64,000 bases of DNA from Chlorokybus atmophyticus. Taxonomy: Eukaryota; Plantae; Mesostigma and Chlorokybus algae. Location: the NCBI GenBank assembly GCA_009103225.1, contig RHPI01002990.1:171034-235033 (forward strand), given 5' to 3'. The notes under the pieces were generated by a model. The model was given only the letters and a program-made list of their open reading frames with translations. It was not told where the DNA came from and searched no databases. Position numbers and translations under genes: made by a program. Numbering within the stretch: the stretch's first letter is position 1; each line of letters begins with the position of its first letter. Below are positions 52,298 through 64,000 of the stretch, piece after piece.

Positions 52298-53987
52298 TCA
52301 GTAGCGCTGCATTTGCTGCATGGGCGGCGGCTGCATCACGCCGAGCTGAGGCGCGTCCTTGCCGTCTCTCCGGTCAAGCTCCAGCTTGTGCTGAGTCTGT
52401 TGTCACAACAAAAGCCAGGAAATCACACAACAATCACATGAGCACTGCTACTCTCACCAGTCTTAGCACAACAACCGCATCAAGAAGTCATTACACGTAC
52501 CTGCATGCACGCGCAAACCCTGCATGAATGGAGTGAAGAGAGTTAGCAGCAGGACTAGAGAAGAAGCTAACTCTCCACAAAAACAAGACATGAAGCATTT
52601 GAGAAGTCAGCTGTAAAACACTCACGTGCACCAGAAGACATCTGATATGAGGTCGATGCAGTTGGCAAGCTGCGCGATCTCGTCGTTGCCGGATATGCAC
52701 GCCACGATACTGCAGATGCACGCAAGCTGCTGAAGTGCAAACATCGTGCCCTGCACACACAACAGCATCAGTGTTGGTAGTGTGTCATATTGACGATGCT
52801 GCTGCGAATAATGATGATGAAATGCTTACAATGAGGCAGTTGTCGCATGGTGTGGTCTGCACGCGCAGCTCGTCCTGGATCATGAAACGCGTGGACGCCA
52901 CCGACTGCGCGAAGCAGACAAATACCTGCCCCAAGCAAACAGATGAATATTCAAACATGCGCGCACATACTCTCACTCTCAGCTGCCAACAAGAGAAGCA
53001 CTGAAATCCATACACAACAACCACACCTCAAGGCATAGGCAGAACTCCGGGCAGCTCTGCTCGCCCATGCGGCCGCTGCAAGGGCAGTACCCGCCGCAGC
53101 AAACATACCTGAAGAGAGAGAGAGAGAGAGAGACAGTTGTTTTACATTGATGGTATTGATGATAGTATTGGTATGAGAGTGAGCGAGGCGCTTTGCACAC
53201 TGCATGAGCTTGTGCTTACCTGGACATGTCGCCATAGAGGGCGCGCTTTCGGAGGGAGTAGGAGGCGCAATACGAGCACACGCCAGCAAACAGGCAGTCT
53301 GTTGTACATTGTCGCAAAAGTCAGTCACTTTGAGGACAAGCGAGACAAGAGAGGGATGGAAAACACAAAAGAGCGAACACACAACTGCCAGCTGTAGTGA
53401 CTGTTGAGCGGTAGTGACGCTTGTTATGTGCTTGTTGTAGTTGTTGTTGTTCATAACTTTCTGAAAGGAGAGACTGTTACTGTGCAACTGTTTCACAGCG
53501 CGTGGTCAGGCGTTATCAGGAGACAAAGTAGCATCGACACGCTGTGTTCATGCATGAAGGGTTTCAGGCGTGCAGCACCAGGGGTAGGAGTCTCCTTTTC
53601 TTATATGACATGGCATTGCGTGGTTTGGTGCTCAACTAGTAAAAGTGGATGGGTCAGAGAGTAGAGTCTACGGTTAGCATTGAACTTAGGGCTGAATTTG
53701 AGTTTGAGGGCGGTCAACAGTCATTATGAGGCGTGCTGCTTGAGCCACAGGAGTGCTCGCAATGACGAACACCGTACGGGGCGGGCATGCATGCATGCGT
53801 ACATGCAACATGTGTGAGTACGCACGCGAGTGCATGCAGAATTCAGCACACATGCATGCATGCGACTGAGTGAGTGGCACTTACAGCCCGGGGCTTCGCA
53901 GCACGCGCGGTTGAGCGGCGTCCGCCAGACGTTGCGGTACGCCTTGCGGGCGTCCAGCTGCGCGTACCGCTCCTGCTTCGACACCAT
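52298..53987 (-). CDS. PLAC8-family Cys-rich membrane protein (plant At4g23470 type); 7 exons
   Basis: RKAYRNVWRTPL, CASYSLRKRALYGDMSRYVCCGGYCPCSGRMGEQSCPEFCLCLEVFVCFAQSVASTRFMIQDELRVQTTPCDNCLI, VCACMQTQHKLELDRRDG. Confidence 0.92.
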
Positions 53988-54629
53988 TGTGCTTCCCTTA
54001 CCTCACCTCACCTCCGCTCCCCTGCCCTCCCCGACTACGGCGGCGGCGGCAAGGACCAAAGCTTGCTCTCACAGGCCTCCTGTCTTTGGCTCCCTCGCAC
54101 CACGCCTGCTACTTGACCACGACTCCTCGCACAATGCTTCCGTCGTGCCCCCGCCCCCCCTGCCGACACCGCCGCCTTCACCGCCTACACCGCCGTCGCT
54201 GTCACGCCCGAATTGCCACGTGGCATGCAATCACTCATCACACAGCAGTGCTGCTGGCTGCGTCTCTCGCGCCGATATCGAGTCCACCGCCTTGGCCGTA
54301 TACAAAAGATTCCTCGTATCGGCAGGAAAGAGACATCGTGAGCTGAGCGAGATAACTTCACGCCTCAACCGGATATCTTGACTCTACGATAGTGATGTCT
54401 TGCAGTCACGTGCTGAGACAAGCAGTGCGGGGAAAGGCAAGTGGCAGCGGCGAGGGACGAGGAGCGAGAGTTGTTGGAGCGCTTGTGATTGATACAGTGG
54501 ATTGGAGAAAAGGATAGTAGGAGGTGGTTTTGTATTTTAGCTTCCATACTGCGTCATTTGGGTTGCGGACAGGAGGGGGGGGCGTTAAAAGCCGTTGGAA
54601 GCAGGGCTGAGTGCTGGGGCGCGTGAGCG

Positions 54630-55926
<1,297 letters not shown>

Positions 55927-56685
55927 CTTCAACTAACATAGATGATGACACTTACAACAGTCCTTTGCAATGTGTGTTGCACACGCCTCGCAGCTGCTTT
56001 GCGTGCATGCAGTCGTCATGAAGTGAAGCCGTCGTGTGTAGGTTTCGGTTGACACCAGTGCAGTCTTGATGAGCTTCGCAGCAGCTGGCAGGTCGTGTAC
56101 GACCGATTGAAGCACGCGAAAAGTAAATTAGCTCCCTGGTCAGCAGTCTCGTGATTGAGAAGGGAAGACAGCTTAAACCAGTTCAGTGAATGCCGCACCT
56201 CTCTCGTATGTGGGTCGGCCATGGCTCTGCTGATAGTGATGATGCTGATGATAATTTTAGGTGTGGGCTACAGTGGAAGCTACAAGCACGCAAACTTGCC
56301 AAAAAAACAAAAAGGAGCAGTTACAAACAACAACATCATGGCAAGCGACCAGTTGACGACTTATTACCGCCGCATCATGTTGTGAACAGAGTAGAGTAGA
56401 CAGTATGTGTCCCGAGTTCCCCCACAGTCAACCCAATCACATCAAGGTCATGCTACAATGAACTGCATGCCGCCCACGTTATGTAAAACCCGTGAGCACG
56501 TTGCCAAGAGAGAATGAACACAACAAGCGGTACACAAACATAAACCAACGGATGCCCATACATTTGCGGGTAGAAGGAGAGAGACTGTTCCCTCAGGTAT
56601 GTATATAGCTATTGCACTACTCCTTATATGTACATGTACGTGTTTGCTGGCACTGCACACAACAACCGCTGTGCTTCCTTCTCAC

Positions 56686-57272
56686 TGCTGCAGTCTATGC
56701 ACGAGGGCGACCGCGGCCACCGCGCACGCGACGGAGGCCGCCGTGGCAGCGACAAGCGCCATGAGGACCGAGGAGGAGAAAGAGGAGGCGGAGGAGGCGA
56801 GGGAGGGAGAGCTTCCAGGCCTGACTCTGGCCTTGGCGCTGCAAGAAAGGAAGGCGGGGGAAAGCAAGTCAGTAAGACTGATCGGCAGCAGCATTGCTTT
56901 GCAGCAGTGCGACACAAAGCAAGTGTGCGTTGTGCTCATCGCCGTGCCGTTTTCAAACCAACACCGCAAAGCTGGCTTGAGCGGCTTGTCTTTCTACTGG
57001 CATGCTGTGTGAGCCAATACAAGGCATGTTGGTATCAACAACCAATCAAGTTTCATTTGATTTGAACGCACTGACAGTGGGATAAACAAATGAAGAGGAA
57101 TACCACTTCATTGTGCGCATAGAGAGGTATGCAGCAGGGTCAGCAGCCTGGCCTACCTCCTGCCAGCGCCGGAGTCTCTGGCCAGCAGCGACCGGCCGAT
57201 CTTCGTGCGGTGCTCAGCCGCCCTAGAGGACAAACCCTGCACATCCCGCTTCGCCATGACGACGAAGCTCAT
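56686..57272 (-). CDS. Putative single-pass membrane protein; first two exons only, 3' end not resolved
   Basis: MSFVVMAKRDVQGLSS...GAGR(S)|GTAGG joins in phase to AKARVRPGSS...VLMALVAATAASVACAVAAVALVHRLQ|GTGAG; hydrophobic helix. Confidence 0.4.
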
Positions 57273-57436
57273 TCACCCGCCGCCGCCGCCGCCGCCGCTG
57301 CCGCTAGCAACACTCACGTGCGCACAGTTGAGGTCGCGCGTCACGTGTTGTGCCCCAGCGCACAAGCTCTGTGCGCTGTTGTGCTCCGAACCTAAACCTA
57401 AGCCCTGCACTCCAACGAGCCTCGCCACGTGGCGCG

Positions 57437-58858
57437 ATGCGGGCGCCGGCGGTGGCGGCGGCGGCGGTCGTCCATCAAGCAGTGGTGGCGGCGCGGTCTG
57501 TGGGGCGGTCGGTGAGGGCTGGGCCGGGTGGCGTGACGTCAAGGCGGCGCTCAGCGCAGCACAGCCTCAAGCCAGGCTCCTGGGCGCTGCGAGCATTCAG
57601 GCTTCGAGCTGGGCGTCGTCCTGAGAGCTCCTCTTCGTCGTCCTCCTCCTCTTCCTCTCTCTCCTCCCCGTCCTCCTACGACGCCGGTGTGATAGCCTGC
57701 GCTACAGGCAATGGCGTCGGCGAGCATATCAATAACAATGCTGCGTCAGGCCCTGCTTTCCAGGAGGTGCCTGACAGCAGCTATAGGCGCAATGTGGGCA
57801 TTTGCCTCGTCAACGCTAACAATGAGGCAAGCATATTAGATACGTGTGTATATCTGAGGCTGGTGATTCCTTCACCAGGCTCTAGCCAATCAAGAGATTT
57901 CAGAACATTTTGACGCAATGGGCGGGCAGCATGTGCAGTCCGTTTCATGATTCTCCAACAAGTATGTCTGCAATGTCTGAATGCATATGGCATGTATGCA
58001 AGCGTGTGTTGTATTCTTTGCAGGCGTTTGTTGGGTTGAGACCCTTTCCCAACTTCTCCTCTACCTGGCAGATGCCACAGGTGAGGAAGCACCAAGTACA
58101 TTGCAGGCTTGTGGAATTGACACACAATGTTGATGTGCTCTTGATCACTGCAGGGTGGGATTGATGAAGGCGAGGACCCACTTGAGGCGGCTGTGCGCGA
58201 GTTGCAAGAGGAGACAGGTGTTGTGAGCGCTGAGCTCATTGCTTCGGTACCGTGTACACAGTCATTAAGGTTTTTCGCCACTCGCTTGTTAATATCAACG
58301 AACATTTGTGTGTACTTACATACACATATTACTCACCATCCGATGCGGTGGCAGCATCCTGGATGGCTAGCGTACACGTTCCCCGATGATGTCCAGCATC
58401 AGTTGACCGATTGGAAGGGCAAGTACATAGGCCAAACACAAAAATGGTATGATGTTGCTGAACATTGTTCACAGTATAAATATTCTTCACAGTGTTTGGG
58501 TTGTTACATTAGCATTGTAATGAGTTATCTCAATGTCAACCCTCGCAGGTTCCTCTTTCGGTTTACGGGCGATGAGTCTGAGATGAACCTGGAAGGGGGC
58601 GAAGAGATTGAGTTTGTGCAGTGGCGGTGGGCACCATTTGACTCTGTTCTGAGCTCGGTGAGTGGATGTGGCCTCCTCTTTTCTCTTCATGTAACAATAA
58701 GGGCAAGGGCTTGGCTCCATTGCTTAACTAGTGCAGCCGTGGGCTTGACATGCTGTGGACTTGCTTGCCAGGTGGTTGATTTCAAAAAAGAAGTGTACAG
58801 GGAGGTGCTCGCGCACTTCACTTCTGTGCTTGCGGAAATGCCTGCGCTACATAAGTAA
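57437..58858 (+). CDS. Plastid Nudix hydrolase, RppH/Ap4A-hydrolase (NUDX25/26/27) type; 6 exons
   Basis: Transit peptide; [40 protein letters not shown] (Nudix box), WLAYTFP, GQTQKWFLFRFTGDESEMNL, EFVQWRW, VVDFKKEVY. Confidence 0.93.
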
Positions 58859-59569
58859 TGACGTTGTTGAGGATGGCGTGCTGACTCAGTACCCTGCCAG
58901 TCGCCTGCTGGCCAACCAGTATCTGATATACGATAAGATATATAGGATATGATACAGTGCATTGCAGTCCTGATACATGGTGCAGATCTTATTCACACAC
59001 GCGCGCACGCGCACATACAGACTGCACTGTGGTCAATGGTGCCTTCACACGTACGTTCTACACTTTGTGATACACAGGGGACAGGGTTGTGTACAAAGTA
59101 TGCAATGCGGTGCATGTGAACATGCATTTATGCACAGTCACAGTCAGCATGCAAGCAATCACAGCCATTGCATTACACCACCGGGCTATACAACATCCGT
59201 TGTGCAGGTGATCGCATATGCATGTGCATGCTTACATGGCTGATGGGGTGGTACGGGTAGTGTAGCGTGTTAGGTAGGCGAATGAACTCGGCGGTCAACT
59301 TTATAATGGTGTTGTTGGTATGTGCCATGTCACTCTGCATGCTGCTGACTGTGCATGCCACTACGCATGTGCATTTCCGTTTCGCATTGTTTGTACAACG
59401 TGGGTGGAAGCACTGCCAGAACCATTGCTTGCATTTGCACCCTTGCAACCACAGTCACCCCCAAGTTCTCTCTCTCATCACTAGTACAGCAACATCGTCA
59501 CACCAAGCTACGTACTGTCATCCATGTCTATCACACTGCACCAGCATACGCACACGCACACCTACACAA

Positions 59570-62500
59570 CTACACGGCTGCAGCCGCCAGCACAGCGTCG
59601 TTGGCGCTGCCGTCTGGACCGGACCCCAGCCCGGTACGGCCGCCACGTGTCGTGCCTAATGAGTAGGTAGGTTAACATGTAGCCCGGTGGTGTTATATGT
59701 AGATGCATGCATGCGGGGTGCCGAGTTGCTATGTGACGTGTGAGTGTGCTTTGCACGCGCGTGGTGCAGCTTGCATCTGTTTTATGAGAGTGCCGTTGAG
59801 TGGCGCTGGTCAGAGTAGAGCCTTTGTATAAAGCAGCTCTGCTACATATGTGTAAGGCTCGCATAGGCCTCCTGGTCGTGGAACTTTATATGTGCAGATG
59901 TAGAACGTGTGCTCCCTTCCCATTTGAGATGTGACTCACTGTGTGTTGATGACCTAGCCGTGCCTCAAGTGTGAACAATGATCGTTGACCAGCACAGCGA
60001 GCACACAAAACCGGTGTATAGTATAATCTGTGCATATAGAACAGCTCAGCGTGGCGTCGATAACTGCAAATCACCCGGACACGGTGTAAACAAGACATGT
60101 CTGCTATCTACACAGCAACCTCACTGCCTACACAGCAGCCTCACTGTCACGTAACTGCTACAATAATGCTACGCACCCTCTTCCAAGGCCGAAGCAATGC
60201 AATATCCTCTTCCAACTGCGCAGCATCATCTGCAACTAGACTGTGATGCGCATCCCTGTGGTCATCATCATCTCGCTCATCATGTGCGCCAGTTGGCACA
60301 GTCGAAGCGTGCTGTGTCCTGTGTGCAATTTCCGTCAGCATCCTCTGCTTGGTCTCCTCCAACTCAGCCAGCTCCTCCCTTGCTTTCTGCATCCGCCTTG
60401 CCAACTCGTCCGCTTCCCTGGCCCTCTCCTCCGCCTGCAAAATGTATCTCCAGGTCAATGCATCTTCCCGATTAATGCGCACAAGCAGTCTCAACAAGCG
60501 CATCAATACACACCTCCAACCGCTCTTGATCAGCAATTGCTGCCAGCCGCTGCTCTTCGGCGCGTCTCTCTGCCTTCTCCCGCCGTCCCCTCTCTTCCAA
60601 CTCCTCCTGCATGCGCTCCTCCTCTTCCACCCGCAATCGCTCAGCCTGCATGCACTGCCATTGATCAATTGCAACCAACGTACTGATGCAACACGCGGGA
60701 AACACACTCTGTTTGTGAGTATCATACCTCTGCTTGCTGTCTTTCCTCTTCCTGTCTTTTGAGCCGGTCCGCCTCCGCTTTGGCTTCGGCAGCCCTTCGC
60801 TCCTCCTCAAGCTGCTTCCTCCTTTTCTCTATCTCTTCTCTCCTGCCAGACATGCAGCAATTGAGCGCACATCACCATCAAAAAAGCTTTACCCATGTGA
60901 AAATAGTAACAAAAAAAGCAGATAAGTTGCCATGTACCGCTGTGACATAATCATAGGCAGAGGCTGGTGTGCAAGCATGCTTGACATACTGCTGCATTGA
61001 GGTGGGTGACTGTAGTAATTTGGTGTGTAAGTGTTGTTGGCCCGTGTGTGCAGTGTTCAGATTGGAGGGAACTCAAAATGTTGAAACTCTTACCTGCTCC
61101 GCTCTGTGGCTGCTTGTTCTGCTGCGCGCTGCAGCCGTTGCTTTTCCATCTTGCGAGCTCGGACGTTTTTCTCACTAAAGAAGCCTGCGGTATCGACTGC
61201 GAGATTGTAGTCCACTACCAACGGGGAGCCGTCCTTCTTCAAGAGCTTCCCAGACAACACTTCAAGTGCCTGAAACACGCAAGATGAAGAAAAGCAACAA
61301 CTCCACATGCGTGAAACTACAATGTGCAAGACGTCCAACTCACCTTGAGGAACTCGTTGTGTGTTTGGAACTGCACATACACGCTGCAGCTGAAGGCCGA
61401 CTTGACGTCCCCGCCTGTCGGGTTGTGTTGATGTTGGCGTTAGCGAGCCTGTGTAGGGCGTTCAAGTGTAACACCAATCAATGCGCAATCATCAGCGGAC
61501 CGGAAGAAGAAGTAGAAGCGTCTTGATCAACAATCTCCAGTGTGCGCACTTCCCCGAGCTTGGACATGATGCCGTGCGTCACCAGAAAGGATGGCTTCGT
61601 GGACACGCGGGGCTCAGCAAGCCACCTGTGAGGTATGTTGTGCAAAGTGATTGTGTCCGGCCGCTCTCCAGGAGAAGCACTCTTATACCCTGATATGCAA
61701 ATTTGGGTCAACAGGCTGGCAATCACAGAACAGCAAATCACGTTCACTAAAGCCTACCACTGGAGCTCACGCCATAGATGCTCTCCCAGGTTGTACGCAG
61801 CTTGTCAATAGAGTCACCATCAGCAATGCGACAGCTGCAATGCGTGACAGTGTCAGTGTACGGTGTACCATGCTGTGTGTGCGCAGGCGTGCGCGTGTGT
61901 GTATTCATACGCGCATCCAAGCAAGCTTGTATATGCGCGTATGAATGTGGGTGTGTTTGCGGGTGCGGATGCACGTGCATGTGCATGGGTGCATGCACAT
62001 GTGGCATCACTCTCACCGGCAAACAAGACGCACACCACCAATGGAGAGCTCTGTGCCATCCATTGCGCTGACAACTTGTGCACCATCAGAGTCCCAAAGA
62101 CGCAGCCGCATTGTCGCAGCAGGCACATCCTGTTAAAGCATACGTCACAACCTTGGCTGCAATCACTGACATCTATGACTCTCAACAAGTAACGCAACAT
62201 TGCCACGGTAACAAGCAAAAAAACCCCACACATAGGAGCAACAGTCACTGCTCAAACGCCTGCATGTGTCGCACTGCTGAAGACTATCACAAGCCCCAAT
62301 TATTCTTATAAGTGTAATGCACAACGGACATACCTCAGGAGTGATGCTCGTAAAACAATGACAACCCTGAGAGTGAGTTGGAACAGTGGGGCAACGGCCG
62401 CATGTATGAGAATCTTTCATATTATGTTGTATGGCTCCTTGCATATGAGTCGGTACGTTCCATGTGAACCTGAACCTGAACATAAATGTGGGATTCCGCA

Positions 62501-63018
62501 TTCAACTAATGTGAACAGTTGTGCTGTTTATTGTGGGGTCAATGCAAACGACACGTACAATTATTCAAGCTGACCACTCCAAACAGAGACATTGTTTAGT
62601 TTACAAGTATAACATGGCGAACACACTGTGAAACTGCTTCTCTGTATACAAGTCTCTTTCTGCTTGTATTTTCTTATTATGTTCGTGCGCACGTTCTGTA
62701 TGATGGACATACACGCAGCATAGTAAAAACGGGTTTGTCACACACGGCGTTGGCTGCAAAAAGCACGAGCAGTAGAAGCATTCAGAGCACCTGGGCGGCG
62801 GCGGTGCGGGCATGGTGTAGCTGCGCCGGTCGTTTATCGATGGCAAGGTCGGCGTCGGCAGGGGTGAGGGCGGCGCGGGTCTGAAGGAGGGCTTTGGTCA
62901 GCTCCCGGAGCTGCCACGCGTCCACGCCCTTTTGCCCGACGCCCTTGCCTTGCTTGCGAACAAAGTCCAGCACCACAACGGCGCATTCCACCAGACGCAG
63001 ACCCTCGCAAAGCTCCAT
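59570..63018 (-). CDS. AKAP17A/XE7 (plant ZCW7)-like splicing-associated protein with charged coiled-coil tail; multi-exon, 3' end uncertain
   Basis: MELCEGLRLV...VDAWQLR; GERPDTITLHNIPHRWLAEPRVSTKPSFLVTHGIMSKLGEVRTLEI; CSVYVQF; AVDTAGFFSEKNVRAR; E/R-rich exons. Confidence 0.82.
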
Positions 63019-63576
63019 CTTGACCCACGCCGGAGTCTGGACCGCCGCCGCTACCGCCGCCGGCCGAACCTTAGCAGTGGGGTGTAGTTATTCGTTTTGG
63101 TAGCAATGCTCCCTTCATAACAGCATAACGACAGGAATGCTAGGCTGCATTCCAGTCTGCCCTTGTGTTACTAAGTAGAATATGTCATGACTGCAGTGAA
63201 CCACCGAACGCATGCACCGTTGGAACCAGTTCAGACACGTTGCTGGCGGTGACTCGCTGAGCGCTGCTTTCGGTGCCGTCACCGTTAGCATGTCGGCCCG
63301 TTTAACACTCATGTACACCTTGCTCCCAAGTCGGGAGTCCCAACCAACGTGCCAGGTAGTAGCACTTGTGGAAAGCCCTCCGTGAGTCATGACATGATGA
63401 GGGATGGTGTGAGGTTGATGTAACGCCGTAGATAGCACGCCGCCGTTTGCAAGAAGACGTTGGGGCAAACACGTTGAAGGGTACACGTGGCGAGCCGAGA
63501 GGAGGTAGCGGCCGCTGCTTCGGCGGTCGAGCGGCGGTAGCAACGCTGTCGTCGTCGTCTTTGTCGTTAAGACGCT

Positions 63577-64000
63577 ATGGCTCTCACAGACAGGGACGCA
63601 TGCAGGGGAAGCAGGCCGTCTGGTGCCGCGTACCGTAACAATTCTCGGGGAGGAGGTTGGGGAAGGGGTAGGGGAGCAGGCGGCGGCGGTGGTAGGAAGC
63701 ACGATCAGCAGTCACATACGGACGTGAAGGCTTCGCCTAACCAGGCCGTCTGGGTAGCTAAGGCCAGTCTGGTGGACGAGACGCAGCAGCAGCTTGAGCA
63801 GCCGCAGGTGCGAGGGCAGGAGGAAGCTTCCACCAGCGGTCAGACTGGTAGTGCAACTAGTAGCAGGAATATGGGTAGGGGCAGGGGTAAGGCGAATACG
63901 AAACCAGCTCATCAGTCAGCTTCAAGCAAGGGTCAAGCCAGGGACGCTGCCAAAGCATGCTGCTCCAGCAACTACGCTCTCACCCAGGCTGAGCTAGCTC
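63577..64000 (+). CDS. 5' part of an unidentified protein with RG/RGG-rich N-terminus; open to the window end
   Basis: ATG 63577 after an in-frame TAA; stop-free for 141 codons: MALTDRDACRGSRPSG...GGWGRGRGAGGGGGRK...MGRGRGKANTK...CCSSNYALTQAELA. Confidence 0.5.
   Translation, partial: MALTDRDACRGSRPSGAAYRNNSRGGGWGRGRGAGGGGGRKHDQQSHTDVKASPNQAVWVAKASLVDETQQQLEQPQVRGQEEASTSGQTGSATSSRNMGRGRGKANTKPAHQSASSKGQARDAAKACCSSNYALTQAELA

Noticed and set aside
53830-54381. Plus-strand 183-aa ORF ending ALAVYKRFLVSAG (faintly RGS-like)
   Set aside because: Overlaps the PLAC8 first exon antisense, has no convincing start or splice structure, and the motif is too short
63115-63702. 195-aa minus-strand ORF in the ZCW7-like upstream region
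   Set aside because: No recognisable motif; overlaps the plus-strand RGG ORF and a divergent promoter

Overview
Intron-rich, GC-rich nuclear DNA of a green alga. Plastid genes (ABA4, IPMS, coproporphyrinogen oxidase, TIC56-like, TIC62-like, plastid Nudix), land-plant-type families (ZCW7, PLAC8, NT-C2 coiled-coil) and flagellum-associated genes (CFAP97D, LRRC46, Dpy-30) together suggest a flagellate-stage basal streptophyte alga (inference). About 19 spliced or partial gene models were read by eye, and most sit in head-to-head pairs. The left 18 kb holds two divergent paralogous giant genes: signal peptide + Pmp-type GGA(I/V)..FxxN beta-helix repeats + Cys-rich module + (complete in the second copy) a multi-pass membrane tail, i.e. 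an uncharacterised surface receptor/adhesin architecture and the best candidate for a novel system. Other observations: a decayed RLE-type non-LTR retrotransposon fragment, a stop-riddled pseudogene consistent with C>T decay, four GC-AG introns, a 19-nt microexon, an ATG-only first coding exon, two strong hairpins, an amphiphysin-type N-BAR-SH3 gene and two assembly gaps. No rRNA, tRNA or CRISPR was seen. All family assignments are motif recognition from memory; no searches were run.
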